From: an uncultured virus (IMG/VR IMGVR_UViG_3300025101_000025) | Taxonomy: Duplodnaviria > Heunggongvirae > Uroviricota > Caudoviricetes > Kyanoviridae | Direction: 5' to 3' (one strand) | Length of the DNA stretch: 64,000 nt | Virus record (IMG/VR): IMGVR_UViG_3300025101_000025 | Span: 1-64,000 of that record | Shown: positions 1 through 6,435 of the stretch, piece after piece | Layout of the letters: every line of letters starts with the position of its first letter | Position numbering within the stretch: the stretch's first letter is position 1 | The notes under the pieces: model-generated | What the model was told of the DNA's origin: nothing | What the model saw: only the letters and a program-made list of their open reading frames with translations | Database searches by the model: none | Made by a program: the position numbers and the translations under genes

Positions 1-5
1 AAATT

Positions 6-206
6 ATGACCAGAAAAGAATACGAATTAGTTTTCCAAGCATTAAAATCTTACAGATGCTACATGAGCAGAGAAGATGAAGCATTATCTGAAAAAATTCT
101 AGATGATCTATTTTATCCTAGTTTTGATAAACTATCAACTGATGATCTAGTAGCAGATGCAGAGGAAGCACTTAAAAATGAAGTTAAAAGTTTGAATTTT
201 AGATAA
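6..206 (+). CDS. Small hypothetical protein, cassette in repeat array
   Basis: 66-aa ORF; preceded by AAATT-ATG like other array members; its TAA is the first 3 nt of repeat copy 1. Confidence 0.75.
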   Translation: MTRKEYELVFQALKSYRCYMSREDEALSEKILDDLFYPSFDKLSTDDLVADAEEALKNEVKSLNFR

Positions 207-244
207 TTCAAACTGATACCTCTAAAATGTTCCTATAGTATAAG
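204..244 (+). repeat. 41-bp intergenic repeat, copy 1 (putative early promoter/cassette boundary)
   Basis: TAATTCAAACTGATACCTCTAAAATGTTCCTATAGTATAAG. Confidence 0.95.
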
Positions 245-256
245 ACAAACAAAATT

Positions 257-700
257 ATGACCACACTTGAAACAACTGATCTAAAAACAAGAGTTGCAGA
301 ATGGACTCAAACCTATGCAAATGCAATCACTCAAAATTATAGAGAGTATCATTTAAATATGCTCACTAGACAAGGCCACCCATATCCAGAGTATGCGAGG
401 GAGCAACTTGACGCTATCGAGAATGGAACAGCGAACCTAATGAAGTTCAAAGTTAAAACTGGTAAGAGATATTACAAAATTGTCCAGATGGAATTTGACA
501 CTTTCCAGAATCGCAATGAATACAGGGAAGGATCAGTTCATGCTTTTGTTGATCGCAATACTGGCGAAGTTTTCAAACCAGCATCATGGGCAGCACCAGC
601 AAAGCATGTAAGATATGATATGAGAATTATCAGAGAGAGAAATTTCTTACATGACCCCACTAATGTAACATGGGCAGGTGGTTATCTCTACATGAGATAA
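257..700 (+). CDS. Hypothetical phage protein
   Basis: 147-aa ORF between repeat copies 1 and 2; motif SVHAFVDRNTGEVFKPASWAAPAK resembles a phage family I recall but cannot name. Confidence 0.85.
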   Translation: MTTLETTDLKTRVAEWTQTYANAITQNYREYHLNMLTRQGHPYPEYAREQLDAIENGTANLMKFKVKTGKRYYKIVQMEFDTFQNRNEYREGSVHAFVDRNTGEVFKPASWAAPAKHVRYDMRIIRERNFLHDPTNVTWAGGYLYMR

Positions 701-737
701 TCACTAATTGATACCACTAAAATGTTCCTATAGTAAG
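698..737 (+). repeat. Intergenic repeat, copy 2
   Basis: TAATCACTAATTGATACCACTAAAATGTTCCTATAGTAAG. Confidence 0.9.
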
Positions 738-751
738 CAATCCAATTAATT

Positions 752-994
752 ATGAAACTCAAAAATATTCTAAACAGAAATTTTGACTCACTCACAAATG
801 ATGAAAAGAAATTCTATGACGATGTTCAAGAAAAATACTTACTAGGAGTATGCGATAAGTATAACATCATAACTGATGAATTAATATATATCGAATATGA
901 TTTTGAAGAGTTATCTGATAAAGGCATCGAAGAATGTGAAAAAAATAATTATACTGCATTATGTGTGGAAGCATTTGAAGAATTGACAAAATAA
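752..994 (+). CDS. Small acidic hypothetical protein
   Basis: 80-aa ORF bounded by repeat copies 2 and 3. Confidence 0.8.
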   Translation: MKLKNILNRNFDSLTNDEKKFYDDVQEKYLLGVCDKYNIITDELIYIEYDFEELSDKGIEECEKNNYTALCVEAFEELTK

Positions 995-1032
995 CTCAAA
1001 CTGATACCTCTAAACTGTTTCTATAGTATAAG
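992..1032 (+). repeat. Intergenic repeat, copy 3
   Basis: TAACTCAAACTGATACCTCTAAACTGTTTCTATAGTATAAG. Confidence 0.95.
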
Positions 1033-1046
1033 ATACAATTAAAATT

Positions 1047-1223
1047 ATGATTCAAAAATTCATCGAAGTCCCAAATACAAATATTAAAGAACCAGTTCTA
1101 AGACATGATTTTGCTGATGAACTATGCTATATGATAGCACAGGATTATGGATATGCCGAGATTGTTTGGTATGCTCTCAACGGTAAAAGAGTTGTTGAAG
1201 GTTTTTATTCTGATAAGGATTAA
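1047..1223 (+). CDS. Small hypothetical protein (58 aa, not in ORF track)
   Basis: Manual translation MIQKFIEVPNTNIKEPVLRHDFADELCYMIAQDYGYAEIVWYALNGKRVVEGFYSDKD; fills the gap between copies 3 and 4. Confidence 0.8.
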   Translation: MIQKFIEVPNTNIKEPVLRHDFADELCYMIAQDYGYAEIVWYALNGKRVVEGFYSDKD

Positions 1224-1264
1224 TAACTCAAACTGATACCTCTAAACTGTTCCTATAGTATAAG
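1224..1264 (+). repeat. Intergenic repeat, copy 4
   Basis: TAACTCAAACTGATACCTCTAAACTGTTCCTATAGTATAAG. Confidence 0.95.
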
Positions 1265-1277
1265 ATTAAACAAAATT

Positions 1278-1511
1278 ATGAACTCTACAGCAACTTACAT
1301 CGAACCAGTAAACAGAATCAAGCAAAGAATTTTATTTGATGATAACCTTAACAACATGGCATGCCTATGTTCAGATTGGTCTGATTTTCTCATTGAAATT
1401 TCAGAATGGGGAATCTACAAATTAGGAGGAGTTGATTTTGACACATTAACAACTTCTGATATTGAGAGACTCGATCAATTCATAAAAGGAGAGAATGGTT
1501 ACATCAGGTAA
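1278..1511 (+). CDS. Small hypothetical protein
   Basis: 77-aa ORF between copies 4 and 5. Confidence 0.8.
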   Translation: MNSTATYIEPVNRIKQRILFDDNLNNMACLCSDWSDFLIEISEWGIYKLGGVDFDTLTTSDIERLDQFIKGENGYIR

Positions 1512-1512
1512 T

Positions 1513-1553
1513 TAACTCAAACTGATACCTCTAAATTGTTCCTATAGTATAAG
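1513..1553 (+). repeat. Intergenic repeat, copy 5
   Basis: TAACTCAAACTGATACCTCTAAATTGTTCCTATAGTATAAG. Confidence 0.95.
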
Positions 1554-1572
1554 CAATCAATCAATTCACATC

Positions 1573-1902
1573 ATGAGAAAAATCGAAACCCAAATGAATC
1601 AAGCAATTAGAGGACAGAGAAACTGGGCAGGTTCTAACACCACAGTTTTTACTACTGATAATGGTCTTGAGTCTACAATCTATCTACATGGAAATCACAT
1701 TGCGACATATTTCCATGATGATCGCAAACTTCAAATTTTCGATGGCGGTTGGCAATCCAATACAACTAAGTCTAGACTCAATGCACTATTAGATGAATTT
1801 GACTACGGTTCTTTTATATTTCAAAAAAACTGGAACTGGTTTTTAGCAAGAAATTTCAACCATAATCACAAAGTTGATTTTTCTTCTGGAATGTTTATCT
1901 AA
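1573..1902 (+). CDS. Hypothetical phage protein
   Basis: 109-aa ORF after copy 5; motifs YLHGNHIA and DGGWQSNTTKSRLNALL. Confidence 0.85.
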   Translation: MRKIETQMNQAIRGQRNWAGSNTTVFTTDNGLESTIYLHGNHIATYFHDDRKLQIFDGGWQSNTTKSRLNALLDEFDYGSFIFQKNWNWFLARNFNHNHKVDFSSGMFI

Positions 1903-1909
1903 GGTTACT

Positions 1910-1950
1910 GGAAGTATTACGGATTAATTCTATAATACTTCCTTTTTATT
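1910..1950 (+). terminator. Rho-independent terminator
   Basis: GGAAGTATTA (1910-1919) / TAATACTTCC (1933-1942) stem followed by TTTTTATT. Confidence 0.75.
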
Positions 1951-2019
1951 TTCTCTCGTTAGTTATTAACGGGCCTCCGAGATTCTCTTCCTTACGAGAG
2001 GCGAAAGCGATTTTTTAAT

Positions 2020-2060
2020 TAACACTAACTGAAACCCCCAAATTGTTATTATTGTATAGG
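2020..2060 (+). repeat. Intergenic repeat, degenerate copy 6
   Basis: TAACACTAACTGAAACCCCCAAATTGTTATTATTGTATAGG; same spacing of TGANACC, AAANTGTT and TATWGT blocks. Confidence 0.75.
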
Positions 2061-2074
2061 ACACAATCAAAATT

Positions 2075-2242
2075 ATGAACACACAAAAAAACTTAGACAT
2101 TGTAAGAGATTTTTTTACAGACGAGCAATGGTTGGCAATTGAATATGCTCTCGGAGATTATCAGGATTATGGGGACGAGCAAGCAGAAATTTCATCTCAA
2201 ATTGAAGATAAGATTTACACACTTTTTAATCAGGTAAAATAA
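2075..2242 (+). CDS. Small acidic hypothetical protein (55 aa)
   Basis: Manual translation MNTQKNLDIVRDFFTDEQWLAIEYALGDYQDYG...; follows copy 6 with AAAATT-ATG. Confidence 0.75.
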   Translation: MNTQKNLDIVRDFFTDEQWLAIEYALGDYQDYGDEQAEISSQIEDKIYTLFNQVK

Positions 2243-2243
2243 C

Positions 2244-2390
2244 ATGAATTACAACGAAATTTGCAGGATTTATAACAACGTAGACAACAACGAGTTAGTA
2301 TCACAAACTGCATACGAATTTGAGATTTATGATGATTTTTATTATCAGTTATTTCACAGTTATTATGAAACAAATAAGGAGGTAAATTAA
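2244..2390 (+). CDS. Small hypothetical protein (48 aa)
   Basis: MNYNEICRIYNNVDNNEL...; starts 1 nt after upstream stop. Confidence 0.65.
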   Translation: MNYNEICRIYNNVDNNELVSQTAYEFEIYDDFYYQLFHSYYETNKEVN

Positions 2391-2560
2391 TGAACAATTT
2401 ATTACTAACTGATGAAGAATTAGACTACCTAGAGTTACTACTTCATAACCACGAATACGAAGAAAAAGATAGAAAATTAATCGACAAATTAGAGTTTAAA
2501 TTCTATCAACTTAAGTCTGACGATTACCAAAACAAAGTTACTACAATGGGGGGTAATTAG
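2390..2560 (+). CDS. Small hypothetical protein (56 aa)
   Basis: MNNLLLTDEELDYLELLL...; strong AAGGAGG SD and TAATG stop/start overlap. Confidence 0.75.
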   Translation: MNNLLLTDEELDYLELLLHNHEYEEKDRKLIDKLEFKFYQLKSDDYQNKVTTMGGN

Positions 2561-2561
2561 C

Positions 2562-2729
2562 ATGATTATTTCTATCACAAAAAGGATTAAATTACCCTCT
2601 GGAAAGTATAAAAAACGTGTGAAATATTCAACTGTAAAGTATCAAATAGAGAAGGTAAAACCAAGAAGATCGCATTACAAATTAAACAGTTTACATGCTG
2701 CTAAGTATCATTTAGTAAGAGAGAGTTAA
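2562..2729 (+). CDS. Small basic hypothetical protein (55 aa)
   Basis: MIISITKRIKLPSGKYKKRVKY...; G-rich SD-like run upstream, 1 nt after upstream stop. Confidence 0.65.
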   Translation: MIISITKRIKLPSGKYKKRVKYSTVKYQIEKVKPRRSHYKLNSLHAAKYHLVRES

Positions 2730-2737
2730 TCTGTTAG

Positions 2738-2850
2738 TTTTACACAATATAGAGGTAATTCTGTGGAAAACTTATTTAATTGTGGAAAAGAATGTATTTA
2801 AAAATATATTTAAGCGTTTTATTTCTCGATTTAATGTTAGTTTTTATAGT
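2738..2850. promoter_or_regulatory. DnaA-box-like cluster plus AT-rich tract
   Basis: TTTTACACA 2738-2746 (+), TGTGGAAAA 2762-2770 and 2781-2789 (= TTTTCCACA on -), then AT-rich 2790-2850; a fourth box TTTTCCACA at 3172-3180. Confidence 0.55.
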
Positions 2851-2865
2851 GATCTTAGCGAGCGT

Positions 2866-2895
2866 ATTATACCACGAACGCCCATAAATTGTAAA
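2866..2895 (-). promoter_or_regulatory. Leftward sigma70-type promoter
   Basis: Minus strand TTTACA-N18-TATAAT with extended TGn -10. Confidence 0.55.
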
Positions 2896-2933
2896 GGGCG
2901 GATAATACTTTTGTCAGAACTTACGCATAATTA

Positions 2934-2962
2934 TTGACAAGAATTGAGAGATAATTTATAAT
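2934..2962 (+). promoter_or_regulatory. Consensus sigma70 (early) promoter
   Basis: TTGACA-N17-TATAAT perfect consensus. Confidence 0.85.
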
Positions 2963-2978
2963 GGTTATATAACACTTA

Positions 2979-3161
2979 ATGGCTGCACAGTTTATGACAA
3001 TTTCCGCGTCTAATTTACAGCAAAAACAGTATCGAATTACGCTGAATTTGTCAGTTCAAAGTGACTTTAATCCGCACCAAATTAACTATGAAAAGTTATT
3101 CAAATTAGATGAGGATTTGGAAGCCCTAAGTGTAACAATTGAGGACTTAAATTATGAGTAG
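2979..3161 (+). CDS. Small hypothetical protein
   Basis: 60-aa ORF just downstream of the consensus promoter; start may be the second Met. Confidence 0.7.
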   Translation: MAAQFMTISASNLQQKQYRITLNLSVQSDFNPHQINYEKLFKLDEDLEALSVTIEDLNYE

Positions 3162-3189
3162 TTAGTGTTAGTTTTCCACAGTTGTTATG

Positions 3190-3230
3190 TAACATAATAT
3201 GAGACCTGTAAAGTGTTCTTATAGTGTAGG
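3190..3230 (+). repeat. Intergenic repeat, degenerate copy 7
   Basis: TAACATAATATGAGACCTGTAAAGTGTTCTTATAGTGTAGG; block spacing identical to copies 1-6. Confidence 0.7.
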
Positions 3231-3358
3231 GAGCAGAGATAGTGAAGAGGGAGACACCGCGTAACCGGTCAGCTGCAGCTTAGTCCCACTCTTGAAATGC
3301 GGAGCTCCGCCTCTAGTTAATTCCCAACCGACTAGATGTAAGTATCCCTACCACTCTT
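3223..3358 (+). ncRNA. Candidate structured non-coding RNA
   Basis: GC-rich, no ORF; closing stem GTAGGGA/TCCCTAC and several internal hairpins found by eye. Confidence 0.6.
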
Positions 3359-3514
3359 TTAACAGTCCGTTACGTGATATAGCAGTTATATGCGGGCGTT
3401 GTTGTTATCGGGGCGGGCGCGATGCCGTTTTAAAAAACCCTTAAGTCCCTAACCTACAGAGGTGACAAATCGATAGCTAAATATTAAACCATATTAAATT
3501 TTTTTTTCTTGGCC

Positions 3515-3625
3515 ATGGGAACACACTACGGATTCACAATAATTGTATGGGTTATAATTGGGTTAATAATATTTTCCAAGTTAGATAGTGGGGGCAAAAA
3601 GAAAAAGAAACGCAAAAACAAATAA
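3515..3625 (+). CDS. Single-TM microprotein with polybasic tail (36 aa)
   Basis: MGTHYGFTIIVWVIIGLIIFSKLDSGGKKKKKRKNK; followed by a terminator. Confidence 0.6.
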   Translation: MGTHYGFTIIVWVIIGLIIFSKLDSGGKKKKKRKNK

Positions 3626-3634
3626 AAAATTTCC

Positions 3635-3657
3635 GGGGGCTCAAAACCCCCTTTTTA
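3635..3657 (+). terminator. Rho-independent terminator
   Basis: GGGGG-CTCAAAA-CCCCC-TTTTT. Confidence 0.7.
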
Positions 3658-3692
3658 GTGTTTTCTAAATACTAATAACATGATTTAAACAC

Positions 3693-3929
3693 ATGAAAGA
3701 ATTTGACGATACAGTGTATCACATCTATGCAAAGGATAAATGTCTTTATCATAATTTAAAGGAAGAAGATTTTGAAGAGACATGGCAACTTCTAACCACT
3801 ATGGTTGGATTAATCAAGACAGATTATTCGGAGTCAGATCTATCATATATTAAGTTAGCACCGAAGGTCGGGTATGGTGGGCCAGGTAAGGTAATATACA
3901 CAGAACCAACTGGAGATGAGTCTTATTGA
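3693..3929 (+). CDS. Hypothetical protein
   Basis: 78-aa ORF; CTAAATA late-promoter-like motif at 3665-3671. Confidence 0.8.
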   Translation: MKEFDDTVYHIYAKDKCLYHNLKEEDFEETWQLLTTMVGLIKTDYSESDLSYIKLAPKVGYGGPGKVIYTEPTGDESY

Positions 3930-3934
3930 AGTGG

Positions 3935-3942
3935 TATAAATA
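3935..3942 (+). promoter_or_regulatory. T4-type late promoter
   Basis: TATAAATA exact T4 late consensus. Confidence 0.65.
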
Positions 3943-3960
3943 AGGTGCAGTATAACCTTT

Positions 3961-4101
3961 ATGTATCACAAACATGACCAAATTAAAAAGAAGAGCAATC
4001 CATATAAGAGACCAGAACCAAAGAAATACGTAGCACAAAAATATCATCAGATAAGAATTTATTTTAAGTGTGAACGACAAAATAAAGTTGACAAAGGTTA
4101 A
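3961..4101 (+). CDS. Small basic hypothetical protein (46 aa)
   Basis: MYHKHDQIKKKSNPYKRPEPKKY... downstream of TATAAATA. Confidence 0.5.
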   Translation: MYHKHDQIKKKSNPYKRPEPKKYVAQKYHQIRIYFKCERQNKVDKG

Positions 4102-4116
4102 CAAAACTGATAAAAT
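4088..4116 (+). promoter_or_regulatory. sigma70-type promoter
   Basis: TTGACA-N17-TAAAAT. Confidence 0.75.
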
Positions 4117-4140
4117 TAAGAATGAAGGTGATCATCATTT

Positions 4141-5025
4141 ATGGCAAAAGGATTTAAAGTAAAAACAGTCGCACCGAAAACAAAAGGCCCTGAATGGGAC
4201 ATCGATGCAATTAAAGAAAGAATGAAAGGGAAGAAGATAGTCTTCTGTCTTCCCGGTAGAGGATGCTCTTATATCTTTCTCAAGAACTTTGTTCAACTAT
4301 GTTTTGACATGGTTCAGAATGGAATGAGTATTCAAATATCTCAGGATTATTCATCTATGGTAAACTTTGCTCGATGTAAAGTTCTTGGAGCAAATGTTTT
4401 AAGAGGCCCCAATCAAGTTCCTTGGGATGGAAAACTTGAGTATGACTATCAGTTATGGATTGATAGTGATATTGTTTTTGATACTGGTAAGTTTTGGCAA
4501 CTATGCGATTTAGCATTTCCTGCTGAAGCAGTTACAAAAGAAGATGTAATTGAACAGGTCAAAGATAACAAAGGAGAGTTAGTTACTGATGACGAAGGTA
4601 ATGTTAAAACTCAAATTACAGGACAGAAAGTATCAGTTGATAATTCTAAACTAAATGGAATTGTTGCTGGTTGGTATGCTACCGAAGACGGTGCGACAAC
4701 CTCTGTTGCACATTGGTTAGAGGAAGATGACTTCCGTAAGAATGGTGGAGTGATGAATCATGAAACTGTTGAAACCATGGGCAAACGTAAAAAACCATTC
4801 ACAGTAGATTACACAGGCTTTGGTTGGGTTATGATTCAGAACGGAGTTTTTGAACAACTGAAGTATCCATGGTTTGCTCCTCAGATGCAAATCTTTGAAT
4901 CAGGTGAAGTTCAAGACATGTGTGGTGAAGACGTATCATTCTGTTTAGATGCACAGGAAAAGGGATTTGAGATCTGGTGCGATCCTCGCATTCGTGTCGG
5001 TCATGAGAAGACAAGGATAATCTAG
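4141..5025 (+). CDS. GT-A fold (GT2-like) glycosyltransferase-like protein
   Basis: WIDSD DxD motif, GFG, GEDVSFC and terminal GH motifs typical of GT2-like proteins. Confidence 0.7.
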   Translation: MAKGFKVKTVAPKTKGPEWDIDAIKERMKGKKIVFCLPGRGCSYIFLKNFVQLCFDMVQNGMSIQISQDYSSMVNFARCKVLGANVLRGPNQVPWDGKLEYDYQLWIDSDIVFDTGKFWQLCDLAFPAEAVTKEDVIEQVKDNKGELVTDDEGNVKTQITGQKVSVDNSKLNGIVAGWYATEDGATTSVAHWLEEDDFRKNGGVMNHETVETMGKRKKPFTVDYTGFGWVMIQNGVFEQLKYPWFAPQMQIFESGEVQDMCGEDVSFCLDAQEKGFEIWCDPRIRVGHEKTRII

Positions 5026-5105
5026 TGGTTATTTCTTTCTTTGCAATCTTACTAATACTTTTTATAATATTAGTATTAGTAACTTATTATAATCCACATC
5101 GTTAA
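5025..5105 (+). CDS. Possible hydrophobic microprotein (26 aa, GTG start)
   Basis: MVISFFAILLILFIILVLVTYYNPHR; start overlaps upstream TAG. Confidence 0.4.
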   Translation: MVISFFAILLILFIILVLVTYYNPHR

Positions 5106-5164
5106 CGACCGCGTTTTCTCGAAAAGAATAAACGTATTAAATAGTATAACTCCTTAATTTTTAT

Positions 5165-5839
5165 ATGGCTTGCCTCTTTGCGAACCTTCCTGCCTACGAA
5201 GTATGGGTGAGAAAGGAATATTTAACGGATCATAAGAGTGGGCATGGAGAATTTGTCAAGGGCGTTTGGGTATCTGTAAAATCAATACCCGGACGTGCTT
5301 TTTATTTTGAAACATACTTACCTGAGTATGCTGCAATGTATGACAAGTTACCCATATCCGCGTTCGTCTCGTCACCTGAGAAACCTGATCCTGATATGAC
5401 ACTTCATAATTTACAGTTTTGGAACTGTATGGACTATGGTGTTGCGGTAATTCAAAAACAATTTGTCGGATCAATGCATTACGAAGTCTATACAAGAGAC
5501 TACGGAACACAAACCGGCACTTATATATGCACAATTGATAATTATCATCAAGATCCTGATGCAATTGATTATTCAACAAGTGAAAACCCAGCTGAACACA
5601 AGTCTCATAACCTAATTGAACTTGATAATGGTCAGTTTTGCCTCTATCCAAACAATCGAACACGTATTTACGACAACAGTTTGACACCAGAAGAACCTAC
5701 GATGCCTGATTTTAAGGTTTCAACGGTTTACTATCAGGTTGAGAACGGTCATGATCGTGATGGATTGGGAAATGATGAGAATTATTTCTGGAAAACAGCA
5801 AAAGAACGTAAACAAGACGAAGAAATTCCCGAATTCTAA
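5165..5839 (+). CDS. Hypothetical cyanophage protein
   Basis: 224-aa ORF, typical codon usage. Confidence 0.85.
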   Translation: MACLFANLPAYEVWVRKEYLTDHKSGHGEFVKGVWVSVKSIPGRAFYFETYLPEYAAMYDKLPISAFVSSPEKPDPDMTLHNLQFWNCMDYGVAVIQKQFVGSMHYEVYTRDYGTQTGTYICTIDNYHQDPDAIDYSTSENPAEHKSHNLIELDNGQFCLYPNNRTRIYDNSLTPEEPTMPDFKVSTVYYQVENGHDRDGLGNDENYFWKTAKERKQDEEIPEF

Positions 5840-5997
5840 TGGAAACAAACGATTTTTTAGACAATCTTGCGAATCATCAATACCAAAAGATGCTTCGTGA
5901 GATTAATAATGATGATTTAACACCTAAAAAGAGTGATACAGTTGAAGAAAGTGAGATTTTTCCTAACGAAGAAAAACCTAAGCCACTTTATGAGTAA
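5839..5997 (+). CDS. Small hypothetical protein (52 aa)
   Basis: METNDFLDNLANHQYQKMLREI...; TAATG overlap with upstream stop. Confidence 0.65.
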   Translation: METNDFLDNLANHQYQKMLREINNDDLTPKKSDTVEESEIFPNEEKPKPLYE

Positions 5998-6005
5998 AAA
6001 CCGTG

Positions 6006-6012
6006 ATAAATA
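6006..6012 (+). promoter_or_regulatory. Late promoter (gp25 operon)
   Basis: ATAAATA ~20 nt upstream of gp25. Confidence 0.65.
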
Positions 6013-6033
6013 AGATAGGTCTACTACATCTAT

Positions 6034-6435
6034 ATGCCTCTTGAACGGGTAAAACAAGAATTTAAAGACATAAGTATGTCATTTCAGACTAATCCTCTGA
6101 ATGATGACCTTGTAGCATTGAAAAATGCGAATGCAATTGCAAGGTCAATTCGTAATATCGTCTTTACTGAACCCGGTGAGAAGTTTTTTAATCCAGATTT
6201 TGGATCAAGAATCACAAAATCACTATTTGAGAACGTAGATGAGATTGCTGCATCTGCAATTAAAGATGAAATAGAGTTTTCAATTCAAGAATTTGAACCA
6301 AGAGTTGAATTGATCGAAGTTACAGTGGTTCCTAACTTCGACAGTAACGAAATGAATGCAACAATTGTATATGAAATAGTAGGAATTGATGTTCCACCAC
6401 AACAATTAGAATTCGTGTTACTGCCGACAAGATAA
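6034..6435 (+). CDS. gp25: Baseplate wedge subunit
   Basis: SIRNIVFTEPGEKFFNPDFGS and EPRV motifs; position before gp6. Confidence 0.9.
   Translation: MPLERVKQEFKDISMSFQTNPLNDDLVALKNANAIARSIRNIVFTEPGEKFFNPDFGSRITKSLFENVDEIAASAIKDEIEFSIQEFEPRVELIEVTVVPNFDSNEMNATIVYEIVGIDVPPQQLEFVLLPTR

Noticed and set aside
204..1553. CRISPR array interpretation of the 41-bp repeats
   Set aside because: Intervening segments are about 190-450 bp, variable in length and each encodes a full ORF; no cas genes in the window.
1971..2010. Hammerhead ribozyme or glutamine riboswitch in the spacer
   Set aside because: CGAAA is present, but I found no CTGANGA core or glnA-motif consensus on either strand.
3223..3358. 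tRNA or retron msr-msd interpretation of the structured element
   Set aside because: No cloverleaf or TTCGA T-loop; no reverse transcriptase in the window. Kept only as a generic ncRNA candidate.
3850..4104. 84-aa hydrophobic minus-strand ORF
   Set aside because: Overlaps + strand ORFs and promoters; its hydrophobicity mirrors the A-rich + strand.
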